A stretch of 64,000 nucleotides of DNA from NCBI GenBank assembly GCA_028293825.1, contig JAQGNY010000015.1, forward strand, positions 10,388 to 74,387, given 5' to 3'. Numbering within the stretch: the stretch's first letter is position 1; each line of letters starts with the position of its first letter. Source of the DNA: Verrucomicrobiaceae bacterium. GTDB lineage: Bacteria; Pseudomonadota; Gammaproteobacteria; Pseudomonadales; CAMLJR01. Below are positions 42,578 through 51,578 of the stretch, piece after piece. Both the position numbers and the translations under genes were made by a program. The notes beneath the pieces were generated by a model. The model saw only the letters and a program-made list of their open reading frames with translations, searched no databases and was not told where the DNA came from.

Positions 42578-45007
42578 ATGTCGAAATTCAGCCGTTTTCT
42601 GCTTGTTGTAGTGTGGCTTCTTCTCGGAATCTGCGCCGCTCCAATACTGCTTGGCTCCGCAACGTTCTTATACCTTAGTCCGAATTTGCCATCTGTCGAT
42701 GCGCTGCGTGATGTGCAGCTCCAAACTCCATTACGGATATATACCCGCGATAGTGAACTGATTGGCGAATTTGGCGAGATGCGCCGCACACCGGTGAAAC
42801 TCGCTGAATTGCCACCACTTTTCATTAAAGCGGTGCTCGCGGCGGAGGACGATAGCTTCTTTCACCACCACGGCGTCGATGTGAAAAGTCTCGCGCGGGC
42901 CGCGTCGCAGCTGCTTGCGAGCGGACATATTCAAAGTGGCGGCAGTACGATTACGATGCAGGTGGCGAAGAATTACTTCCTGACTCAGGAGCGCACTTTC
43001 GCGCGCAAATTCAATGAAATTTTGCTCGCGCTGCAGATCGAACACGAACTCGCAAAAGAAGAAATTTTAGAGCTTTATTTAAATAAAATATTTCTTGGCA
43101 ACCGCGCTTATGGCGTCGAGGCAGCGGCGGAAGTCTACTACGGCAAACCAATCGGCGAGTTATCCATCGCGCAATGGGCAATGATTGCCGGTCTGCCGAA
43201 AGCACCGTCCTCAAACAACCCCATCGCCAATCCCGAGCGCGCCACCGAGCGCCGCGACTGGATTCTCGGTCGCATGCTCAGCCTCGGCTACATCGACAAG
43301 AGTCAATACGACGCGGCGCTGCAGGAAGCGCTCGGCGCGAGTTATCACGGCTCGGTGCTCGCCGTTGAAGCCAATCACGTCGCCGAAATGGTCCGGCAGG
43401 AAATGCTGGAAAAATACGGGCCCAAAATTTATACCGATGGCTATGTCGCCTACACGACGCTCGACGGCAAATTGCAGCGCAAAGCGATTTCCACCGTGCG
43501 TGAAGGATTGCTGAGTTATGACGTACGTCACGGTTATCGTGGCCCCGAGAAAAAACTGGGCGGTTCACTGACCGCTGATAAGACCGCGTGGATGCGCCGG
43601 TTGCGCGCCACCCCTGTGATCGGCGGGTTATTGCCGGCGGTAGTCAGCAATATTGAAGCGCGCTCAGCCAACGTCTTGCTGGCCAATGGCGAGATCGTCG
43701 CGATCAACTGGGAAAACGGCCTCGACACCGCGCGGCGATTTATCGATGAAGACCATCGCGGACCCGCGCCGCAAACGACGGCCGACATCTTCGCCGTCGG
43801 CGACCTAATTCGCGTGCGGCGCAACGCCAAAAATGAATGGGAATTGCGCGGCATCCCGGTTCTTGAAAGCGCGTTGATCAGCCTAAATGCCGACGACGGC
43901 GCGGTTCTCAGCCTGGTCGGCGGCTTCGATTTTCGCCAAAGTAAATTCAACCGCATCACACAAGCCCAGCGGCAACCAGGCTCCGGTTTCAAGCCCTTTA
44001 TTTATACCGCCGCGCTCGAACATGGCTTCACCGCCGCGACGGTCGTGAACGACGCGCCGATCGTATTTCAGGATGAGGGGATGGAAGCCGCCTGGCGGCC
44101 GGAAAACGACACCGGCAAATTTTATGGGCCGACGCCGCTGCGCCAAGCCTTGTTCAAATCGCGCAACGTGGTCTCCGTCCGTGTGCTGCAACAACTCGGT
44201 GTCGAGACCGCGATTGATTACGTGCAGCGCTTCGGCTTCGATAAAAATGCCATTCCGCACAATCTCTCCGTAGCGTTGGGCAGCTTGTCGGTGACGCCGA
44301 TGCAGATGGCGCGCGCGTTTGCCGTGTTCGCCAACAACGGCTACCTGATTGAACCGCACGTTCTGCAACGGATCGCCGATCGAAATGGCGCCATCATCTT
44401 CGAGGCAACTCCGCCGACCGCGTGCTCGGATTGCCCGAATACGCTCGGCGTCGATCCCGCCCTGCTGGTGGATGCGTCGCCCGCTGAAGCGATCCCGCCC
44501 AACACCGCGCCGCAAGTGCTCGACAAGCGTTATGTATTCATCATGGATTCGATGCTGCGCGACGTAGTGGCGCGCGGCACGGCGGAAGCTGCATCGAGCC
44601 TTGGCCGCAGCGATATGGCCGGCAAAACGGGCACTACCAGCGGACCGGTTGACACCTGGTTTACCGGTTATTCGGGCGGCGTCGTGACCTCGACCTGGGC
44701 CGGCTTCGATCAGAACAAACCGATGGGCAAGGACGAATACGGCGCGACAGTCGCACTGCCGATCTGGATGGACTTCATGCGCGTTGCGCTGCAAGGCAAG
44801 GCCGAACGCCATCTGCGCCAGCAACCCGGCGTGGTCAGCTTGCGGATCGACCCGCGCACCGGCCTGCGCGCACCGCCGGAAATGGCCGATGCCGTCTTCG
44901 AGTTTTTTACCGAAGATAATTTGCCCGGCGATGAAGGGGCCGAAAGCGCCCCCGGCCTAAGCGCACCAGGCGGTGCCAGCGGCATGTCGGAGCACGACTT
45001 GTTCTGA
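42578..45007 (+). CDS. mrcA: Penicillin-binding protein 1A (bifunctional transglycosylase/transpeptidase)
   Basis: 809-aa product with the glycosyltransferase motif AVLAAEDDSFFHHHGVD, ...RKFNEILLALQIE..., and the transpeptidase motifs SGFKPF and KTGTT. Divergent from pilM, as in Pseudomonas ponA. Confidence 0.92.
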   Translation: MSKFSRFLLVVVWLLLGICAAPILLGSATFLYLSPNLPSVDALRDVQLQTPLRIYTRDSELIGEFGEMRRTPVKLAELPPLFIKAVLAAEDDSFFHHHGVDVKSLARAASQLLASGHIQSGGSTITMQVAKNYFLTQERTFARKFNEILLALQIEHELAKEEILELYLNKIFLGNRAYGVEAAAEVYYGKPIGELSIAQWAMIAGLPKAPSSNNPIANPERATERRDWILGRMLSLGYIDKSQYDAALQEALGASYHGSVLAVEANHVAEMVRQEMLEKYGPKIYTDGYVAYTTLDGKLQRKAISTVREGLLSYDVRHGYRGPEKKLGGSLTADKTAWMRRLRATPVIGGLLPAVVSNIEARSANVLLANGEIVAINWENGLDTARRFIDEDHRGPAPQTTADIFAVGDLIRVRRNAKNEWELRGIPVLESALISLNADDGAVLSLVGGFDFRQSKFNRITQAQRQPGSGFKPFIYTAALEHGFTAATVVNDAPIVFQDEGMEAAWRPENDTGKFYGPTPLRQALFKSRNVVSVRVLQQLGVETAIDYVQRFGFDKNAIPHNLSVALGSLSVTPMQMARAFAVFANNGYLIEPHVLQRIADRNGAIIFEATPPTACSDCPNTLGVDPALLVDASPAEAIPPNTAPQVLDKRYVFIMDSMLRDVVARGTAEAASSLGRSDMAGKTGTTSGPVDTWFTGYSGGVVTSTWAGFDQNKPMGKDEYGATVALPIWMDFMRVALQGKAERHLRQQPGVVSLRIDPRTGLRAPPEMADAVFEFFTEDNLPGDEGAESAPGLSAPGGASGMSEHDLF

Positions 45008-45076
45008 TTGCAGCCGACGTGCGCCGACTGAGCTCGGCCTGTTCTGATCAGCTCGGACGGAGGCGATGGGCCACTC

Positions 45077-46438
45077 TCACATCGCCTCAAGCGCCTCGAC
45101 TAGCGTGCTGACGCCCACCACTTCCATGCCCTCGGGCAGCGTTTTCGGCAGGTTGGATTTCGGCACGATGGCGCGACGAAAGCCGTGCTTGACCGCCTCC
45201 TGCAAACGTTCTTGACCACTCGGCACCGGGCGGATTTCGCCGGATAAACCGACCTCGCCGAATACCACCAAATCCTGCGGCAGCGCGCGGTCGCGAAAGC
45301 TCGACACGATTGCCAGCAGCAGCGCCAGATCGGCGCTGGTTTCCAGCACTTTCACGCCCCCGACGACGTTGACGAACACATCCTGATCGCCCACCTGCAG
45401 GCCGCCGTGGCGATGCAGAACGGCCAGCAGCATCGCCAAGCGGTTCTGATCGACACCGACCGCCAGCCGGCGCGGATTGCTGAGTTGTGAGGTATCGACC
45501 AGGGCCTGAATCTCGACCAGCAGCGGTCGAGATCCCTCCCACACCACCATCACCACACTGCCGGCCGCCTGCGCCATACCGCGGGTGAGGAAAATCGCGG
45601 ACGGGTTTTTTACTTCGCGCATACCCTGCTCGGTCATCGCGAACACGCCGAGCTCGTTGACCGCACCGAAGCGGTTTTTCTGGCCGCGTAATGTGCGAAA
45701 CCGGCTGTCGTTGCTGCCCTCCAGCATGATCGAGCAATCGATCATATGCTCCAGCACTTTCGGTCCGGCCAAGCTGCCGTCCTTGGTCACATGGCCGACC
45801 AGAAACAGCACGGTGCCGGTCTGCTTGGCGTAGCGCGTCAGCAGCGCCGCGCAGTCGCGCACCTGCGCCACACTGCCGGGGGCGGAAGTCAGATCGGCGT
45901 CGTACAACACCTGGATCGAATCGACCACCAGCACTTTCGGCGCGAACCGTTTCACCTGATCGAGTAGTGCGTGCACGTCGGTTTCGGCCAGCAGTTTCAG
46001 TTGATCGGCCGGCAACTGCAGACGCTGCGCGCGCATTGCGACCTGCTGCAGCGATTCTTCGCCGGTAACGTACAGCGCCGGCATGGTCTTGGCGAGATGA
46101 CACAGCACTTGCAGCAGCAACGTGCTTTTGCCGGCGCCGGGATGACCGCCGATCAAAATCGCCGAGCCCGGCACCAGACCACCGCCGAGCACACGGTTGA
46201 ACTCTTCGGCGCCGGTGGAGATACGCGGCACTTCGGCCAGCTCGATCTCGCTCAACGCCTGGATTTCACTGGCGCCGGTGCCGGCGTAGCCGACCGTGCG
46301 GTCACCGCCGCGCGGCTCGGTCGGCACGCGGAACTCGACGATGGAGTTCCACGCGTTGCAGTCCGGACACTGGCCGAGCCACTTGCCCGACTCGGCGCCG
46401 CACTCGTTGCAGACAAAAGCGGTTTTGCGTTTGGCCAT
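45077..46438 (-). CDS. radA: DNA repair protein RadA
   Basis: Internal ATG at 46438 gives MAKRKTAFVCNECGAESGKWLGQCPDCNAWNS (zinc finger). Also has GGHPGAGKSTLLLQ (Walker A), the KNRFG motif and a Lon-like C-terminal domain. Confidence 0.93.
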   Translation of the reverse strand: MAKRKTAFVCNECGAESGKWLGQCPDCNAWNSIVEFRVPTEPRGGDRTVGYAGTGASEIQALSEIELAEVPRISTGAEEFNRVLGGGLVPGSAILIGGHPGAGKSTLLLQVLCHLAKTMPALYVTGEESLQQVAMRAQRLQLPADQLKLLAETDVHALLDQVKRFAPKVLVVDSIQVLYDADLTSAPGSVAQVRDCAALLTRYAKQTGTVLFLVGHVTKDGSLAGPKVLEHMIDCSIMLEGSNDSRFRTLRGQKNRFGAVNELGVFAMTEQGMREVKNPSAIFLTRGMAQAAGSVVMVVWEGSRPLLVEIQALVDTSQLSNPRRLAVGVDQNRLAMLLAVLHRHGGLQVGDQDVFVNVVGGVKVLETSADLALLLAIVSSFRDRALPQDLVVFGEVGLSGEIRPVPSGQERLQEAVKHGFRRAIVPKSNLPKTLPEGMEVVGVSTLVEALEAM

Positions 46439-46551
46439 GATGACTCCCAATCTTTGTCGCGCAATCGTACTTGAAATGTTCGGAGCGGACAGTGCCAGCG
46501 ATGGGAATGGGCGCGATAAATCATGCCCCTATGGCATGCGCTGTCCAACCC

Positions 46552-46575
46552 GTAGGGGCGCAATTCATTGCGCCC
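46552..46575. repeat. GTAG-headed perfect palindrome (REP-like element or operator)
   Basis: GTAG followed by GGGCGCAAT-tc-ATTGCGCCC (9-bp perfect arms). It lies in the radA / DnaT-like divergent intergenic region, immediately preceded by further stems (CATGCC..GGCATG 46522-46538; GGACAGTGC..GCGCTGTCC 46482-46547). Confidence 0.55.
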
Positions 46576-46666
46576 GATCGAATACACAGCGCGATACTTT
46601 GCTAGCACCGCTACACGCCAAACCGTACAATCGCAGCCCACTCCCTTCAGGCTTCCCGATTCGCGC

Positions 46667-47800
46667 ATGACACTAATGGTTCCCGAGCGCATGTTGGTTT
46701 TTTCTCCCGCACTGGCCGCCACCATCGGCCTGGAGGAAGCCGTGTTGCTGCACGTGCTGCACGATCTCAGCGTGTGCCAGCCGAAGCGGCACGCGCAGCA
46801 TTTGCACGAAACCGATGCCGCCACACTGGAGCAGTTACTGCCGTTCTGGGACCGCCGCGAATTGCAGCGCATCAGCAAAAACTTGGCCGATAAAGGCGTG
46901 CTGCATATCGAATCCGCGCCCCTGACTCATGCCAATACGCTGTGTTATCGCTTTCAGGCCGAAGAAGCACCAGCGGCGCCTGCACGAAGCACCGCACGTA
47001 CAGCGCAAACTCGCGATGGCAGCGCGTCATTGCTCGCCAACAACTGGCGCCCGGAGGAAGACCTGCTGCAACTGCTCGCGCTGAATCACAATATTTCGCG
47101 CGCGTTCTCGCTGGCGCAGCTCGAAGATTTTATTTTGTACTGGCGCGAACGCGGCGAAGTGAATCACGCGTGGGGCAGCCGTTTTCGCCAGCACGTGTTG
47201 CGGCAGTGGCGCTTGCAGGAACAGGCTGACGCGACGCCAACGCCGACTGCATTGCGCGCCGCGCAGGATCTGGAAAACAGCTGGTATCCGAGCCCCGACG
47301 CGCTGCAAATTCTCGAACGCGCCAATGTCAGCCGCGAATTCATCGACGACGCCGTGCCCGAATTTGTTTTGTACTGGCGCGAGCGCGGCACCAGCGACGG
47401 CACCTGGAATTCAAAATTCATCGCGCACATTCGCCGGCAGTGGTCGCGGTACGAAAATGCGCTCGAACACGAACAAGACCCGCGCCCGATTACAACCAGC
47501 TGGCAACCGAACGAAGACGTGTACGATATTTTGCGCATGGCCAATATCGATATCGCGTTCGCCTGCGAAATGCTGCCGGAATTTATTTTATTCTGGCGCG
47601 ACGCCGGCACCCCGCACCGCTCGTGGAATACCAAATTTTTGCAGCACGTAAAATATCAGTGGGCCACACGCCATCATTTGGCCGGAGTTAACCGTGCAGG
47701 ATCTGCAATCGCTACTGGCGCCGCATCGGCGACACCGAGCAACGCCTTTGAACGTCTCACCGACCGCAGTTGGGCAGCAGGACTCATCGATGGCGTCTGA
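46667..47800 (+). CDS. Protein with three tandem DnaT-type (primosomal protein DnaT C-terminal, ssDNA-binding) domains and a distinct N-terminal domain
   Basis: 377 aa counted from the ATG at 46667. The start is uncertain because there is no clear SD; the track ORF begins at a TTG at 46568. It contains three repeats of W.P..D....L......(F)......EF(I/V)L(Y/F)WR(E/D).G.....W..(K/R)F..H(V/I)..QW. Compare E. coli DnaT ...WQPDADFIRLAALWGV...[21 protein letters not shown] (from memory). Confidence 0.7.
   Translation: MTLMVPERMLVFSPALAATIGLEEAVLLHVLHDLSVCQPKRHAQHLHETDAATLEQLLPFWDRRELQRISKNLADKGVLHIESAPLTHANTLCYRFQAEEAPAAPARSTARTAQTRDGSASLLANNWRPEEDLLQLLALNHNISRAFSLAQLEDFILYWRERGEVNHAWGSRFRQHVLRQWRLQEQADATPTPTALRAAQDLENSWYPSPDALQILERANVSREFIDDAVPEFVLYWRERGTSDGTWNSKFIAHIRRQWSRYENALEHEQDPRPITTSWQPNEDVYDILRMANIDIAFACEMLPEFILFWRDAGTPHRSWNTKFLQHVKYQWATRHHLAGVNRAGSAIATGAASATPSNAFERLTDRSWAAGLIDGV
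47045..47662 (+). repeat. Three diverged in-frame domain repeats (about 55 aa each) inside the DnaT-like gene
   Basis: Repeat 1 at 47045-47209 (WRPEEDLLQLLALNHNISRAFSLAQLEDFILYWRERGEVNHAWGSRFRQHVLRQW). Repeat 2 at 47282-47443 (WYPSPDALQILERANVSREFIDDAVPEFVLYWRERGTSDGTWNSKFIAHIRRQW). Repeat 3 at 47501-47662 (WQPNEDVYDILRMANIDIAFACEMLPEFILFWRDAGTPHRSWNTKFLQHVKYQW). Confidence 0.85.
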
Positions 47801-48404
47801 TAAAAAATTCGAGCGCGCGCAAAACGCGAATGCGGAGCCGACTGCCGAGCATATCGATGCGATCAACCAGATTTTTACCGAGCTGGAACTTGCGTATCAC
47901 AATCAATTTCGGCGCGCGTTTCCCGATGCCGCGCAACTCGGCATGGCAAAACAACTGTGGCTACAAAGTTTGTGCGATTTAAAACCCGCGCGCCTACGTG
48001 CCGGTGTTAGACGCGCGATAAAAAATTCCGAATATTTACCCAGCCTACATACGCTACGGCAATATTGCGATCCGCAGCCGCACGAGCTCGGCCTGCCCGA
48101 CGCGCACAATGCGTATATCGAAGCGTGCCGCGCGCCGACGCCGAAACGCGATCACACTTGGTCGCATGTAATTGTTTATCGCGCCGGTGTCGAAACAGAT
48201 TGGTTCTTTCTCGCTAACAGTCCGGAAAGCATTGCGTTCCCATTGTTCAAACGTAATTACGAATTGCTAATCGAACGCCTGTTAAATGGCGAAAATCTCA
48301 ATGTGCCGCTGCCGAAAGCGCTACCGGAAGAAATCGGCACGCCACTCACTCGCGAAGAAAACAAACAGCGCCTGCAACAACTGCGCGCCAAACTTGGTAT
48401 ATGA
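47790..48404 (+). CDS. Phage lambda replication protein P-like protein (putative DnaB-helicase loader family)
   Basis: The ATG at 47790 overlaps the upstream gene's stop (47798-47800) by 11 nt. The 204-aa product is colinear by eye with lambda P. Matching segments (query / lambda P): INQIFTELELAY..FRRAFPD / INGVFSQLLATFPA; LPSLHTLRQYC / LPSPGQFVAWC; GLPDAHNAYIEAC / GLPNVSELVDMVYEYC; TPLTREENKQRLQQLRAKLGI / RPLNRAQALAKIAEIKAKFGL. Confidence 0.65.
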   Translation: MASDKKFERAQNANAEPTAEHIDAINQIFTELELAYHNQFRRAFPDAAQLGMAKQLWLQSLCDLKPARLRAGVRRAIKNSEYLPSLHTLRQYCDPQPHELGLPDAHNAYIEACRAPTPKRDHTWSHVIVYRAGVETDWFFLANSPESIAFPLFKRNYELLIERLLNGENLNVPLPKALPEEIGTPLTREENKQRLQQLRAKLGI

Positions 48405-48431
48405 CTCGGCATTTGATTTGGAACCGCAATC

Positions 48432-49181
48432 ATGAGCGATGAAAACACCACGCACTTCGGCTACAAAACCGTCGGCACCGATGAAAAAGTAAAATTGGTC
48501 GCCGGTGTGTTCCATTCCGTCGCCGCCAAATACGACTTGATGAACGATCTGATGTCGGCCGGCGTGCATCGGTTGTGGAAGCGCTTCACCATCGAATTGT
48601 CCGGCGTGCGCCCCGGCAATAAAGTGCTCGATATCGCTGGCGGCACTGGCGATCTAACCGCCAAGTTCAGCCGCATTGTCGGCAGCGAAGGTAAAGTCGT
48701 TTTAGCGGATATTAACGAATCGATGCTGCGCGTCGGCCGCGATAAATTAATCGATCACGGCATCGTAAATAATGTCGATTACGTGCAGGCCAACGCCGAA
48801 TGCCTGCCGTTTCCCGACAATTATTTCGACTGCGTTTCCATCGCATTTGGTTTGCGCAATGTCACCGATAAAGACGCGGCGCTGCGTTCGATGCTGCGTG
48901 TATTGAAACCGGGCGGACGTTTGTTGGTGCTCGAATTTTCCAAGCCGCAAAGTCAGGCGCTGGGCAAACTCTACGATTTGTATTCGTTCAGCGCGCTGCC
49001 AGTGCTGGGTAAATTATTCGCCAACGACAGCGAGAGTTATCGCTATCTCGCCGAAAGCATTCGCATGCATCCCGATCAGGAAACGTTGAAAACGATGATG
49101 ACCAGCGCCGGTTTTGCACGCAGCGAATTTTTCAATATGACCGGCGGCATCGTCGCGCTGCATCGCGGTATCAAGGCGTAA
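48432..49181 (+). CDS. ubiE: Ubiquinone/menaquinone biosynthesis C-methyltransferase
   Basis: THFGYKTV...[29 protein letters not shown]...[11 protein letters not shown].... 249 aa. Confidence 0.93.
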   Translation: MSDENTTHFGYKTVGTDEKVKLVAGVFHSVAAKYDLMNDLMSAGVHRLWKRFTIELSGVRPGNKVLDIAGGTGDLTAKFSRIVGSEGKVVLADINESMLRVGRDKLIDHGIVNNVDYVQANAECLPFPDNYFDCVSIAFGLRNVTDKDAALRSMLRVLKPGGRLLVLEFSKPQSQALGKLYDLYSFSALPVLGKLFANDSESYRYLAESIRMHPDQETLKTMMTSAGFARSEFFNMTGGIVALHRGIKA

Positions 49182-49185
49182 CGCC

Positions 49186-49848
49186 ATGGCGACATCACCG
49201 TTCGGCCCGACGCTAAAAACCGCGGCATTTACCGCGCTGGAAGGTGCGATCAATACCGCGCTTCGACTCGATCCGGCCAGCCGGCAAAAATTATCGGCGC
49301 TGCACGGGCGTGTGTTTCATCTCGAATGCTCGAAACCCGCCATCGATATTTTTTTAATTCCGCAGCAAGACAGCGTGCAACTCGCCGCGCGTTGGGAAGG
49401 TGAAATCACCGCCGGGCTGAGTGGCACCGGCGATGATTTCGCGCAATTGCTGCGCAGCGACGATCCCGGCGCGACATTGATCAATGGCAACATGACCGTA
49501 ATCGGCGACAGCAAAGCACTGCTGCAATTGCGCGATATTGCCGCGCAACTCGATCTCGATTGGGAAGCGCCGCTGACGCGCGTATTCGGCGATATCGTCG
49601 GCCACCAAATGGCGCGCTCGCTGCGCTTCGGACAGCGTTTATTCAGCGACGCCGCACGCAGCCTACAGCGGCAGACGCGCGATTATTTTAAAGAAGAATT
49701 TTCTCAAAATGAAAACGCGTGGGTCGTGCAACGCGGCCAGTTTGATCAATTTCAACAAGACATCGATTCGATCAGCGCGCGCAGCGAACAATTGCTGACG
49801 CGCGCCGCGCAATTGCAGCAGAAATTTTCGCGCCGCAAGTCCCCCTGA
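49186..49848 (+). CDS. ubiJ: Ubiquinone biosynthesis accessory factor UbiJ (SCP2 domain)
   Basis: 220-aa product positioned between ubiE and ubiB, with an N-terminal SCP2-like region (...INTALRLDPASRQKLSALHGRVFHLE...). Confidence 0.8.
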   Translation: MATSPFGPTLKTAAFTALEGAINTALRLDPASRQKLSALHGRVFHLECSKPAIDIFLIPQQDSVQLAARWEGEITAGLSGTGDDFAQLLRSDDPGATLINGNMTVIGDSKALLQLRDIAAQLDLDWEAPLTRVFGDIVGHQMARSLRFGQRLFSDAARSLQRQTRDYFKEEFSQNENAWVVQRGQFDQFQQDIDSISARSEQLLTRAAQLQQKFSRRKSP

Positions 49849-49861
49849 TGGAAATTATTAA

Positions 49862-51472
49862 GTGAAAAGACTGCGCCGCGCTTTTACTATTTTTGCCGCC
49901 ACCGCGCGCTATCGGTTAGATTTGCTGATCGATGCCGACGCGTTGCCAACACCGCTCAATTTAATAATTAAATGGTCACCGCTGCGGTTATTGCCGGTGC
50001 CGCCGCATTCGCGCGGCGCGCGCTTGCGCATGACATTGGAAAGTCTCGGGCCGATTTTCGTAAAATTCGGCCAGCTGTTGTCGACACGTCGCGATTTGAT
50101 TCCGCTCGATATCGCCGACGAGCTGGCGAAATTGCAGGATCAAGTGCCCCCGTTTTCAAGCAACGAAGCAATTGCATTAATCGAAGCCGCGCTCGGTCAG
50201 CCGGTCTCTGAAGTATTCGCGCAATTCGATGAGCAGCCGATGGCATCGGCCTCGGTAGCGCAAGTACACCCCGCCGTGTTGCACAACGGTCGCAATGTTG
50301 TCGTCAAAGTATTGCGCCCCGGCATCGAAAAAATTATTCGCAGCGATATCGATTTGTTGTTTGTGCTGGCGCGATTGGCCGAACGGTATTTGCCGGACGG
50401 TCGCCGGCTGCGTCCGGTCGAAGTGGTTGAGGAGTATCAGTACACGATTCTCGACGAGCTCGATTTAAAACACGAAGGCGCGAATACCGCGCAATTGCGG
50501 CGCAACTGGATCGATTCCGAATTGCTGTACGTGCCCGAAGTATTTTGGGATTACACACGCACCAATGTGTTGGTGATCGAACGTATTCACGGCATACCCG
50601 TTACCGATATCGCGACGCTGCGCGCCGCCGGCACCAATATGCGCACGCTCGCCGAACGCGGCGTGGAAATATTTTTTACGCAGGTACTGCGCGATAGTTT
50701 TTTTCACGCCGATATGCACCCTGGCAATATTTTTGTCGCGCACGGCAATCCGCAAAACCCGACGTATATCGGTATCGACTGCGCCATCATGGGCACGCTC
50801 ACCGAATTCGATCAGTATTATCTCGCGCGCAATTTGCAGGCGATTTTTCGCCGCGATTATCACGAAGTCGCGCAGCTGCATGTCGAGTGCGGCTGGGTGC
50901 CGCCGCACACGCGCGTGCATGATTTCGAAGCCGCCATTCGCACCGTATGCGAACCAGTATTTCAAAAGCCGCTCGGCGAAATTTCTTTCGGCCAATTGTT
51001 GCTGTATTTATTCCAGACCGCGCGCCGCTTCGATATGCAGGTACAACCCTCGCTGGTGTTGTTGCAAAAAACTTTGCTGAATATCGAAGGCCTCGGCCGC
51101 GAACTGTATCCGCAACTTGATTTATGGAATACGGCGCAACCACTGGTCGAAGATTGGCTGCGCGAGCGTTACTCGCCGCTCAATATGCTGAAAAAAATCG
51201 GCCGCAAATTACCGCAATGGCTCGAACAATTGCCGGAGGTGCCCGATCAGTTATTGCGTCGACTCGATAATGCACCGGTAGCCGCGGCGCCAGTCACACT
51301 GCAAATAACGCCGCGCAAATATCAGTGGCGCCTGCCATTGGCGATTATTTTAGTGGTCGCGAGTGCCGTTATCGGCGTGCCGGATTTCGCCGATTCATTG
51401 CGCGAATTGCCGCCATTAAGCTGGTTGGGATTTTTATTTGCAGCGTGGCTGTTGGTCGCGCGCAAAGACTGA
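49862..51472 (+). CDS. ubiB: Ubiquinone biosynthesis regulatory kinase-like protein UbiB
   Basis: GTG start. Product has ...LESLGPIFVKFGQLLSTRRDLIP...ASASVAQVHPA...FFHADMHPGNIFV... and C-terminal TM helices. Confidence 0.92.
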   Translation: MKRLRRAFTIFAATARYRLDLLIDADALPTPLNLIIKWSPLRLLPVPPHSRGARLRMTLESLGPIFVKFGQLLSTRRDLIPLDIADELAKLQDQVPPFSSNEAIALIEAALGQPVSEVFAQFDEQPMASASVAQVHPAVLHNGRNVVVKVLRPGIEKIIRSDIDLLFVLARLAERYLPDGRRLRPVEVVEEYQYTILDELDLKHEGANTAQLRRNWIDSELLYVPEVFWDYTRTNVLVIERIHGIPVTDIATLRAAGTNMRTLAERGVEIFFTQVLRDSFFHADMHPGNIFVAHGNPQNPTYIGIDCAIMGTLTEFDQYYLARNLQAIFRRDYHEVAQLHVECGWVPPHTRVHDFEAAIRTVCEPVFQKPLGEISFGQLLLYLFQTARRFDMQVQPSLVLLQKTLLNIEGLGRELYPQLDLWNTAQPLVEDWLRERYSPLNMLKKIGRKLPQWLEQLPEVPDQLLRRLDNAPVAAAPVTLQITPRKYQWRLPLAIILVVASAVIGVPDFADSLRELPPLSWLGFLFAAWLLVARKD

Positions 51473-51485
51473 TTAATTCGTTAGC
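51472..51485 (+). repeat. 14-bp direct repeat ATTAATTCGTTAGC, copy 1 (overlaps the last base of the ubiB stop)
   Basis: Exact match to 51989-52002. Together the copies bracket the SRPBCC gene and its upstream region (517-bp period). Confidence 0.8.
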
Positions 51486-51578
51486 ATTTTAATTAAATAA
51501 AAATAGCGAAATCCAACTGCCGCAGTTCGATCGATTTCTCCATTTGAATTCTCTCCCACAGATAGCCAGGAAAGTTTT

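Noticed and set aside
43883-44824. 313-aa minus-strand ORF
   Set aside because: Antisense to the transpeptidase half of PBP1A. No motifs; shadow ORF.
45087-46103. 338-aa minus-strand ORF in an alternative frame of radA
   Set aside because: Same strand but out of frame with the clearly recognisable RadA. The translation is R/G/A-rich low complexity, as expected for a GC-rich off-frame.
46252-46878. 208-aa minus-strand ORF spanning the radA 5' end, the intergenic region and the start of the DnaT-like gene
   Set aside because: It overlaps two better-supported genes and a structured non-coding region, and it has no RBS or motifs.
46439-48404. Interpretation of the DnaT-like / lambda-P-like pair as part of a prophage
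   Set aside because: There is no integrase, repressor, structural or lysis gene, no flanking direct repeat, and no tRNA junction. Codon usage is host-like and both immediate neighbours (radA, ubiE) are core genes. This is retained as a finding about a possibly domesticated module instead.
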